In this document: piece after piece, positions 48,604 to 59,411 of the stretch
Layout of the letters: each line of letters starts with the position of its first letter
How positions within the stretch are numbered: the stretch's first letter is position 1
From: Sphagnum compactum
Lineage: Eukaryota
Length of the DNA: 64,000 bases
NCBI GenBank assembly: GCA_965153455.1
Contig: OZ234493.1
Location: forward strand, 10,034,213-10,098,212
Reading direction: 5' to 3'
Translations under genes and position numbers: made by a program
The notes under the pieces: model-generated
Told to the model about the DNA's origin: nothing
Database searches by the model: none
Seen by the model: only the letters and a program-made list of their open reading frames with translations

Positions 48604-49038
48604 GACTTTGCAGCAGATTTTGGCTCTCAAAGATTTGGGCTGCGTGTTTTATGTACGTGAGAGCTGTCTGTCACTTGGTAGGTACCTAGTGCTTTCGTTC
48701 CACACTTTGTGCCTCATGCTGAAAAGTGGACAAGTGGTGTGTTTGTACATAATAACATGTCAAAGTTCAACGCCTTAGATTCTCAAATTTCCCTTGTTTT
48801 TCTGTGGCTAGACAAAGCCCAAAAATTGGGGATGAAACAGGGATTGCAGGGTCAAATTAGGGACGAAACAGGGATTTTTGGGTTCCACATGTCTCCTATT
48901 CCCTGTTTTGGCTGCCAACATTTGATGACAGTGAAACCAGTTTTCATAAGCAAACTTTGTATCATGGACCCACATCATTCACAAGAGTACTAATTGTTAT
49001 ACAAATTTAGTTCAAACAAAATCAACGCATTAGAGTTA

Positions 49039-49456
49039 TTAGTGTAGTTTATGCCATTGGCTCAAGTGTGAGCTGGTTACTCAAATAATTTTTCCTTTCA
49101 GAACTTTATTTCTAATATAATTGAACTTCCGATGACAAAAACTACTCAAAATTCAATATCTCCAGCACCTTTGGTCTAAAAATTTCCAAATAACCTTCAT
49201 TAAATCCTACTCACTTAGGGCTTTCCCAAAGTGCACCAATATTCCACTACAATTGTTTTTTGATTTACAGGAATTTTGAGTGCAAAAATAATTCAAATAT
49301 TCAATAACTTTTCCACTGGTCGAAAATTTATGAAACCAACTCAGTGCAGCCCTGCTCATGGAGGGCTTTCCAATGGTACCAAGTGTGCAGCAAGAGGCAC
49401 CCTGATTTGGGAGATCACAACATGACAAACAAACAACCTTCCTTCATAGGTCAATA
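49039..49456 (-). mobile_element. Non-autonomous Helitron, copy 3
   Basis: CAAGTGTGAGCTGGTTAC landmark and internal subunits as in copy 2. Minus-strand 3' end ..ACACTAA|T. The 5' end near CCTTCCTTCATAG is degenerate. Confidence 0.7.
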
Positions 49457-51979
49457 TGTAAAGTGTAGCAACCTGAATGTACGGGGCTCCAGTTTTGACC
49501 AAAGTGTGGATGGAACCCTAGGTTTTACAAAATTGAGGATGAAATCAAAAGTCAGGATAAAAACAAATAAAAATGTGGGAACAAAACTAGTTACTTTGCC
49601 AAAATTGGTCCTCACAGGAGTTTCACCCCCAGTTTTGGATTTGTCTTACTTGTGCCTTCCATGCTTCATGGAATGAAGTCTTGTCAAAACAAAATCATGC
49701 AAACCTTGAGAATTGATACCCAGTTTCATTAAAATGATATCCAGTTTCACTGGCCTTTTTTTTGGGGGGGGGGTGTATTTGGCAACATGTATTATTATTG
49801 ATGAGATATTGCTGGCAACATGCTAAGGATGATGATGAAATATTTTGGTGACCAAATTTTTTTGTTCTCAAAAAATTGGCCACACATGGAAAAATAAAGG
49901 TGAACATTTGGTTACAACTAATGTTACATGGATGTACATTGTGAGGGCATGAAACCTCAATCCTCAAAAACTCTACCCCTTATAATACAATGTTTGCATG
50001 TGGGAAAAATGTTAGTAGTATTCTTAATAACAACAAAAGGGAAAGGCCCAAAGTTTAAAACTTGCAAAAGAAGGTAGCATATAGTGGTCAATTGTCACCT
50101 CAAGTTGACAATTGAAGCTTCAAGCATTCAAAGCATGTCAATGTTTCTTAGTTTGTCAAATTTGTGCATTGTTTCATCATGAGGAAACTTGTCCATGTTA
50201 AAAAAGGATTGGCCAAACATGTGGACAAACAAATCCAAATGATTTGTAACTCGATTGTAGATCTTGGATTTTATGAAATTCAAGTTACTAAACATTCATT
50301 CATCCTCCATGCAAGCCAACACTTGGAACATGGTAATATTTATCAACTTAACATATTTCAAAATGTTGCAAAAAATGATTAAAATGATTTAGGTTTTATT
50401 ATTTAGACTCTAAAATTTGCAAAATGATTCCTTCACAAAAATTACTACCAATTGCTAGACTTTCAAGTGAAGTTTGAAGTTCTACAAACAATTCTTCCAC
50501 AGAAAAGAAAGAAAATCAATCACCTTACAAATAAACAAACATTCCAATTTTAAATATTCCTACAAGCTAATTCAATATAATTTTGTTTTTATCTTCAAAG
50601 TTTCTGCATTGCGTTCTTCATTTTCATCATGGAAAAAGAAATTTTGTAGTCCTAAGATGTAAGCCATGATTTAACAAAATGATGAATCACATTTATTCGA
50701 ATGTTAGGTTCATGTGTATCCCATTAGGTGTTAGGTTTAGGGAAACTCCATTCATAGAATGGAGCCAAGTTTTTATTTATTGCATTTGGGCAAAATTTTG
50801 CTAAAAATAATACTTTAACATGATGTAACTTGGCTATATTAACCTCATACCAATACTTTCTTGGTGGGGACAATGTAATCAATTTAATATTAGGGCCATA
50901 TTGGTTCCAATACGAAGTATATACTTGTCACATAGTAGCCAAAAATTAGCCTTGCACCCTAGTACTAAGACCAAGTTGGTATGATTTTTTTGGTAGAAAA
51001 TCAATAGCAATAGCAAGCTAGTATATTGAAAGATTTGATACCATTAGTAATTAATATGTTTTAAAGTTGGTATTGAACTAACATTAGTAAAAACCAATGT
51101 AGTTTAGTTCTTGATTTTGAGAGGAACCTTTGGTTTTGGGTTTTAGTTTTTAAAAAAATTATTGCAATTTTGAAAACAATTTTTGGGATTTATGAAAATT
51201 CCACTTCTCAATACTTTCCAAACAGATTAGAACTCGTGTTTGGTTCAAGACCAAGTTTAATTCCATTTACATTCCACCCAACTAAAATAATAAGTTGCCT
51301 CAACAAATACCCACACTATTGGAGTAGGGTATTATTGAAGGAGGAAACTGGGGATGGACAAAGCTAGGAAAATGAAATTTTAACAACCAATGAGACAAGG
51401 CAATAGGTAGTGAAGAGCTCATTTATTTTTTCCTTGTGGGGAGTGAGCAAGGTGCTCTTTTCAATTTGGGTTTTGGGAGAAGGGGAAGCAATGAATTGGC
51501 AAGTCAGGGTGAAAGTATGAGTTGGTAGTCACCATGGTTAGTGCATTGAACTAATGGTACTAGCTCACAAAATTAAAATTACAGGACAAGTCCAGTTTCA
51601 TCTTGGGATTAAAGCAAAAGGTTGCGACACAACTGCTTTCATTTTTTTGTTTGGCAATGCAACATGCACCCAACACCACCACAATTTACCATATAAGGTT
51701 TGCTCGAAGTTAAATTGTCACAACCTTAAAATTAGGACTTTGTTGTTGCATTTGAAAAAAAGCCTTGTCCTAATATTGCTAGAGAACTTGGATTTGTTTT
51801 ACAAAGGATAAAAACTGGGTCTAGGTTTTGGTTTCAGCAAGAGGCAAATTATCAATCAAGATCCAAATTCAATAGTAATAAAAACTTGAACCTCTGATTT
51901 TGGATACCCCAAAATCTAATTCTCATAACTTGGACCTCAACCTGCCCAATACTTTGAACTTGCCAACATTGGTTAGAAC

Positions 51980-52134
51980 CAGTGCTGGGAGGTTGTCACT
52001 TTTAAGAACATGGAACTAAGCAAGGGTAAGGAATACAAGGATTCATGAGAATTGCTGGTTATGAGATTCTAAATTTTTTTTCAAAGAACCAAAACTAGAG
52101 GTTCTTAAAAACATCAAAGAACTGACCAACTCTA
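51980..52134. mobile_element. hAT-type MITE
   Basis: Termini CAGTGCTGG / CCAACTCTA. 8-bp TSD GTTAGAAC (51972-51979) / GTTAAAAC (52135-52142). Confidence 0.65.
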
Positions 52135-52932
52135 GTTAAAACTACAAAATAAACCCATCACAAAGGTCAAACTCCCAAAAGTGGTATATCATAGTGCAGG
52201 GGCAGTTTCAATACATGTTTTGTCAAATAATTAGTAAATTTTGAAGATTCCATGTCAAATAATAGTTCTCTTGAAGATTGCAAAAGATTCTATTCTTTCC
52301 TTCACAAAATTTTGTTCTTTGAAATCAGTATTTTTTGAAAAATTTCAGCATTTCTACAAACAATATCCAAGGTTAGAAATTGTGTAAACATGGAATTTTA
52401 TAACAAATTAGAACTTGGATTTGTGAAGGTACCAAGTTTTATAGCAAATTAGATTGGTTTAGCTACCTACAAAAATCAGCCTATTATTTTGTTTTCAGAA
52501 AAAAATCAGCTTATTTAAAGGACCTGCCCTGTTTTGAAGAATTTTTTTGGACCTATGTTATCATAGATGATCTAGAATCTCAGCAGCCTTTTTCGTACTT
52601 GCAAAATTTAGCCTTAATTTTTCCTTTACAAATGAAAAAGTAAAAAAACAATGTTATTGTGAAGGGTTTCAATTGCTGTAAGTAAAAAATAAGGAAAAAA
52701 ATCTAATTTTTTTTACTTGCTTCCAGTAAATAGATAGAAATATGGAAGGACAATTAAAAAAATTGTTCTTCATGTGTGGTTTGTAGCCAAATTTAGCTAA
52801 TCTTCTTAGGGATGATTGTCATTTTTTTCTCCATCTTCCTATGGACGATCACCACTTAGGCTACATAAAGAAATTTGCTATAGAAACAGAGCCATACTGC
52901 ATGGAATGTGAAAGTTTAGGTTTACTTGTCAA

Positions 52933-52982
52933 TTGTGGGGTGGGCATATGACCAGAGGAAGGCACATATGTCCACCCCACAA
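52933..52982. repeat. 18-bp inverted repeat with a 14-nt loop
   Basis: TTGTGGGGTGGGCATATG ... CATATGTCCACCCCACAA (one G-T pair). Confidence 0.9.
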
Positions 52983-53084
52983 GTGAATGGTCATAAAATA
53001 TTTGGAAACAAGGAGTGACTTGCACAAGAAAAGAGTGAGTCACAATGACATTCATAAAAATTCACAGCATGCAAAGTCTGATGG

Positions 53085-53427
53085 CCAGGGTTTTTCTTTT
53101 GATTTTGTGATATCAAAAAGTTGCTAAAAGTTTCCAAAAAATTAGCCAAATTAGTGAAATTTCCACTAGAGAAACAAAATTACCCAAAACTTTCTTGATT
53201 TGTTTTGAGAATTTTTTTTTTGGGGGTCAAAAAAAACAATGCTGATGACCAGATTTTTCTTTTTCCATTTCGTGTTATCATAATTTTTGCAAAATTTTCC
53301 TAGAAAATAGAAAAATTAGTCAAATTTACACTCGACAACAAATTTCAAAAATTTCCCCAATTTCAAAAAATTTATAATTCTCTTAGAATTTCAAGAAATT
53401 TGGTAAAACACAATGAAAACACTAGTC
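53085..53427. repeat. Two adjacent degenerate copies of a ~165-bp AT-rich dispersed repeat (MITE-like)
   Basis: Both begin CCAG(G/A)..TTTTTCTTTT and share AAAAATTAG(C/T)CAAATT..CACT(A/C)GA..CAAA. Confidence 0.55.
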
Positions 53428-53821
53428 CCACCTCGGTATGATAAGACGATGTACTAGCCTTCAAGCCTTGCTTGATGCATAATGGAGCCATGCACAATTG
53501 GGCATACATAGTCCACAAGTTCCATATGATGCAAGTGAAAATAAGCCCAGTCCCATAGGACAAGCACATTTCCATTAGGGTGTCATAAAAATGCCAATGC
53601 CAAATGAGTGGCCATTGCCATGATATGGAATATTCCTATAACAGAGGGTATTTTTTATTATATGATCGTTGGTTCTGGGAATATTCCTATTCTTTGAGGC
53701 AAGCAATAAATAGGAGCAATGAATTGAATAGGGCACCAAGCTTAATGCATGATAATGCCAGCATTAAAACTATTTAGAAATTGATTACACTGTACTTGAA
53801 TTATAGTGAACACTTGAATTA

Positions 53822-54990
53822 TTTTTCTTGCACAATTATTGTAGGAAAAAAGTTGTGGTGTAGAGGTTAAAATCACTCATTCCAACACAAAGGTTGAAGG
53901 TTTGATTTTTTTGAAACTTCTCATTTTTTATCATAAACAATGAATGAAAAAAATAAAATAAATCCTTGAACAACTTCCTTTGGGAGAAAGGAACTTATCA
54001 AGTTTTTGCACCTTCCTTTTGGAGAAGTGAACTTGCAACTTCCCCAAGGCAAATGTGCCCAAGTTCCTTAGGAAAGGTGGTTGTTTAGGAAATATGGATC
54101 AAAATATCACTCCTTGCAACAAATGGGCTTAAGTTCTGAAAACTGGTTGCCCAAGCAATATGAGCTCAAAAAATGGTTCCCTGGGACAAATGGGCCCAAG
54201 TTCCCTAGGGACATGTGGTTGCTTGGGGAATATGGGCTCAAAAAATGTGGTTCTGCAAGGCAAGTTCCTTGGGCAATTATGTATTCCCTAGGAACTGGGC
54301 CCATTTGCCCCAAGGAATCATGTTTCTTGGGGAACTTGGTGTTGTGCGCTCTTATATTGATATCTATAATCATCATGGTTAACTCACATACAACACATAA
54401 TATATAAATATCATGAAAGGTACAACACATCCAAATGCAAAATATTATCCATTTGTAACGATACAAGAATCCAAGCTTAAAAAACATAATGCAAATCCCT
54501 GTAAAAGAATTGCATTAAACATTAAAAACTTATTTTAATATAACATTTGTGTTTTGAGATCTCAAATGATCCAAAGTGTTTTGAAATTACATAACTTGAG
54601 ATTATATTCACACACTAAATGTTTAGAATGGTGTTCAAACTCGAACTGACTCTAGACTAACTTACGCTAATTTAGTTATAGTAATTAAGATGTAAACATA
54701 TAACCAATAAATTTTTTTTAACATTGTGCCATTTGTTCCAAGAAAACTGCAAGTTCCCTTCTCCTTAAGAAAGTTGAGGAAACTTGGTTGGGTTCAGTTC
54801 TCCCCAAGGAAATTGCAAGTCCTTGTCTTTTAGGAGAATCTTGCTTGAGTAAGTTGTCTAGGGATTAGAATTTTTTTCATTCATCCATAAAGAAAACAAG
54901 AAGTTGACAAAAAAAAAAAAAAACCTTGGACCTTTGGGCTAGGGGGCAATTCTAACCATTACATCAATTCAAATAATTGGGCAAAAAAGG
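53822..54990. mobile_element. Foldback element with long (~150-200 bp) imperfect TIRs, probably Mutator-like; ends approximate
   Basis: Left arm ..CAATTATT..GGTTAAAAT..CAAAGGT..AACTTCT..ATGAATGAAAAAAAT..AATCCTTGAACAACTT pairs with 54850-54990. Interior has repeated CCAAGTTCCCTAGG-like motifs. Confidence 0.6.
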
Positions 54991-55465
54991 TATGTAAAGC
55001 ATTTCATCATAGTTGGAGTATAATAAAATAAAAAAATCAATTTTTTTTCTTGTTAGGAACTGTTCTACTTGTACATAAGCCCAGTACTGCATTTAATTTG
55101 TTGCACTAGATGTAATTCTTGCCCCAAATATAAAGGGGCCTAAGAATTTTGGAAATATTCCTGGTAACTAATGGACGTCTGGGTACTCTAAAAACTCTCA
55201 CTGCTCTACCCCTGGCCACAAGAATATTATTCTAAAAAACCAAAGCCTTTTAATTGGTAGTCATAAGAATATTGCAATTGTCACAAGTTAGGGACTAACC
55301 CAAAGGGTGTCTGGAAAATGTTATTACAGGGGCAATGTCAACAATGGTGATGGCCTTTTGGCTATTCCATATTCAATGTGCCCAAGATAACTGGAGGGCT
55401 GAGCAACCCTGAGGACAGGATGTGTTGTTCCACATTCCATTCCCAAGGTGGACTTATGTGCCCAC

Positions 55466-56084
55466 CAATGTTGGCCAGATATTGATTTTCAGCCTGGGTA
55501 GTCTGGGGAAGGGTATTGAAGACTTGCTTGCATACTATGTGTTTTGATGAGAACCGGCTAAATACCTTGCCTCCTTGGTATTAACTTTGTAAACATGCTT
55601 CAAAACCTTATTGGTCTAGTATCACTTGGAAGAACATTAGTACCCTACCATTATCCGGGTGTGAAGACCTGTGTTTTAGGCAGGTTGGTTATTTCTAAAG
55701 CCTAAACCACTTTTGTCACCAGTAATAAATCATAACCCTAATTTTTAAAAATCTAAACCCTAAAGCCTACCTTGACATCATACTAGATAGTTCTAGGTTA
55801 GGTATGTAAAAACAATCCACCCTTTTGCATAATGGGTGGGTATTAGGTGGTTCTTGGGTCGATTATTCTAAAATTCACCTTTTATGCATAATAAGCAAGT
55901 ATTGCAGAAATAATACCTAAAGAAATTGGTACCAAGGGGTATTGTTTAGAGACCCAAATCGATACCACGTGGGTCCATTTAGTTTTGAAGAGCCAGGTAT
56001 CTGATATCCTATGTGATAGTTCTAACAAATAGAAAAGCTGATTGGTTGGGTATTTATAAAAAAATTAAGAACCAGCTAACACTG
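55466..56084. mobile_element. hAT-type MITE
   Basis: TIRs CAATGTTGGC / GCTAACACTG. Perfect 8-bp TSD GTGCCCAC at 55458-55465 and 56085-56092. Confidence 0.85.
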
Positions 56085-56441
56085 GTGCCCACCCAATAGT
56101 AATTTTCTCCCAGTCATTTAGAACCACCATATTGGTGCATGCATTCCTGCAAATTTACCTCAAGTGCTTGGTGCTAGAATTTGCTCAGGTTGTTGAAGCA
56201 AAAATTTTAACCAAGTTTTGTCTGGCATTCCATGTGTGAGGTTTGTCACACCCATTTGCACATGCTTGAAAGTAATGCCATAGGAAACACCTTGCTGATG
56301 ATGAGTCAGTTTGCTCTACTCGTAGTGTGATAGCACCTAAAATTCACTGGCCAAACTAGATCAGGAAGTATGTAATTAGAGCAGCTTCAATAGCAACTGC
56401 ACAACGTTTCCACTTCAAATTGTATGAAACTGAGTTTGAAC

Positions 56442-57084
56442 TTGTGTTGAGCAGTTTTCCCTGTTTGTGACGAACCTCTCTGGTTTTGGTTCTTAAAAAC
56501 AAAAAACATGACTCCAATTTCACACATCAACAGAATCAAGATTTTGATTCTGGGTCTGTTCTTCAAATATAAACTCCAATACCCCTTCAATGTGCCCAGA
56601 CCATTGAGATTTTTTAACATTCTGCCACACTTGAGAGGCGTTCCTCATCTCTTTCACGTGGTACCTCATCTCTTCCACACATTGCAATCAGTGCATCTTT
56701 GTCATGAGCTGATTTGTTTGTGGCAGATGACTCCTTTTTAATTTACTGTCTTTTTTTTTGCAAGTGTATCAGAGCTCTTCTGATTGTTATGTTCTTTCGT
56801 GATGTGTTCTTGAGCTTTTATTTGCCTTGTACTTGTTGTGGATGGGTTCTCATCCCTGCTTTTTTTTTTAATAGACAGGGTTTTTCTTCTTGATTCCAGT
56901 TTTGAAACTCCGCCCAAACCCAACGCTGAGTAACCTGAATTAGAACTACAGTTAACTTCCAGTTGTTAACGTCCAGTCAGACCCCCCAGTTCTAAATTTT
57001 TTTTTCAAAAATCCCAATTCTGGTTTGGTTCTTACTAACCACAATTGAAACTGGCAGTTCTAAGTTGGCAACTAAGCAACACTG
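56442..57084. mobile_element. hAT-type MITE
   Basis: Termini TTGTGTTG / CAACACTG. 8-bp TSD GTTTGAAC (56434-56441) / GTTTGGAC (57085-57092). Confidence 0.75.
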
Positions 57085-57652
57085 GTTTGGACTTTTAAAC
57101 ATGCATAAGTATAGTTCTCTCCAAAAGACCTAGTAAAGATATAAGACGTTGATTGCCCATACAATTGTGCCATTTAACTGATGTGCATTGTAAGCTGTCC
57201 AATATTTCATGTTCATATTGGATGGGTCGAGGAAATAACTGGCTTATATTTGATGTGACAGACACTGGTAGTGGCACAAATACTATTTGCAGGTGGATGT
57301 GCTTTTCATTTTCAGCAACAATGATAAAATGGCATGTATGTCAAATTTTGGATGAGGTAAGCATCACAATGGTGTGAAAATGCGTTTGCTCTTGTAAAGA
57401 TGTGCTGCAATAGTGAAGGTTTTAAAACTGATTTTAGTTGGCTAACATTAACGAGGGGCCACACATTTACCTAGTATTGATTATTGAGTCACAATAATTG
57501 ATTCCAAGCGGCATGTAAATGCTGCCTCAATGTATATTGTTCAATATTTGTTATTTGTCAGTGGAAGAGGGACGCACATTAACAGTAATTAAATTGGGAT
57601 GTGAGAAATTTATACTAATACGGTCTCAAAATGCATTTACATCACTAAAGTT

Positions 57653-58027
57653 GAGCCACTGTGAACCAGCACCCACCAGTGCACCATCCACTGGATGCCT
57701 GTTATTACTCAGTTGTGGATGAACCTCAACTGAGTTAGTATATGGTTTCACCTTGGTAACCAATTATGTAAGAAATAGGTCTCATATATAGGTGGATAGG
57801 TAAGAAAATAGGTAACTATTAGATAAGTAAATGGTTTATACACAGGTAAGGGCTGTTTTTACTACCTACCTACTAACAACCTGCTTGTGGGTTGTTAGTA
57901 GTTAGGTTGGAAAAAAAAGCTAACCACCATGGTTAGCTAGGGAACTGGAACCCAACAGAAAACTGTTTCCTGGTCACTTATCATCCATCCTTCATGGTGC
58001 ACTGGTGGGTGCTAGTTCACAGTGGCC
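57653..58027 (+). mobile_element. Complete Mutator-like MITE
   Basis: ~33-bp TIRs GCCACTGTGAACCAGCACCCACCAGTGCACCAT / ATGGTGCACTGGTGGGTGCTAGTTCACAGTGGC, flanked by (C)ACTAAAGTT on both sides (9-10-bp TSD). Confidence 0.9.
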
Positions 58028-58873
58028 ACTAAAGTTCACTAAAGTTGCGCTTTATGCAGTTGTACTTCTCACCAATATACAAAATCCAAATCAAGAGTAA
58101 TTTAATATCAGGCTTCAGGTAGATGGATGATTGGGCACAATGTTCAAGCTGGACAACAATAAGCTGTTGCCTGTTATTCATTGCTCAGGAGTCAGTGTTG
58201 CAGAGTGGAAAATTTTGGAGAAGGGAGTCACTCCAAAGGAACAAGCTGAGCCTCAGCTTCTTCTACCTTCTTGTTTCTTCTCTAAAAGAAACCCTTTGAC
58301 TAGAGGGATGGAACACTTGCAACTTCATATGGACTGATTGACTGACTCCTAGCCTTTAGCATAATGGTACAATATTGGCAGCTTGAATTTCATTTCATGG
58401 TACTCAAAGGCGACATTAGATGCCCATCTTCTAAATATCCTGCAAAAAGCAAGCTGCAATTTGTCTTGAGAAACCACGCTAGGCCGGCAGGCTGCACCAG
58501 CTTTAGAGATGCCAGAACTGTACAATCGGCAGTGGGACACAACACTTAGATCCGATCTGACAGAAACTATAATGCTAATTTCGAATATGGTTGTTGCTGG
58601 TAAAATTTAAAATGTGGAATCCAGCAGACTTGCGGATTCAAAATCTTGGGCCTGAGTGTATACCAACATCGATCAGTACACCATGCGAGATGTGTGAACA
58701 GGGAAACACGTTTCCATTTAGTTCCAGGTTAACCTTGTCTAACCACAAGGTTAGCTCAGGAAACACTTCTCCATTTGGTTCCAGTTCCCTAACTAACTTT
58801 GTGCAGTTTTTTCTATCTCTCTGGTCTAGGAGCAGCTCCTTAGCCCTTACTGACCAGGGAGAACCAGCACCTA

Positions 58874-59411
58874 CAGTAAACTCTCTCTAAACTAATATTG
58901 TGTAAACTAATATTCTCTCTAAACTAATATGCGGGCACAGGCCTGTGGCGGGCCTCATACTTAATCTAATAATTCTCCATAAACTGATATTCAATATTTT
59001 TTTCCAGTCCCATAGCATTTTATAAACTAATACATCATACATATGGCACCAAAAAAACGATGAAATCAGAGGAAACACCTTCGAAAGTACAGAGCTAGAT
59101 GCGCTGGAAGAAGCTATCAAAGAGTACCCAGAGTGCAGCTTTCCACAACCTCACTTTCTGCCAAGATTTCTACCACTCATGTCATATGATCTTCTACGTG
59201 CTTCTTTGATCCTCCACCAAGCTCCACAAGGTTCCGTTACCTTCCCCAATGATCCATGACCTTCTACTAACCTCCATGACCTTCCATGCTGCTCTGGCAG
59301 GTTCCGGAATGATTTTTGTTACCCCCCATATAATTTGTGTAAACTAATATCCTCCATAAACTAATATCTTCCGGCCGGTCCCAAGGATATTAGTTTAGAG
59401 AGAGTTTACTG
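58874..59411. mobile_element. Tc1/mariner superfamily (pogo-like) MITE, young
   Basis: Perfect 25-bp TIRs CAGTAAACTCTCTCTAAACTAATAT, TA TSD on both sides, subterminal repeats of TAAACTAATAT, and CpGs retained. Confidence 0.92.

Noticed and set aside
57330-58520. Hypothetical splice giving ILDE|AAPALE (SF1 helicase Walker B-like)
   Set aside because: Needs a weak acceptor, and no other helicase motifs are present.
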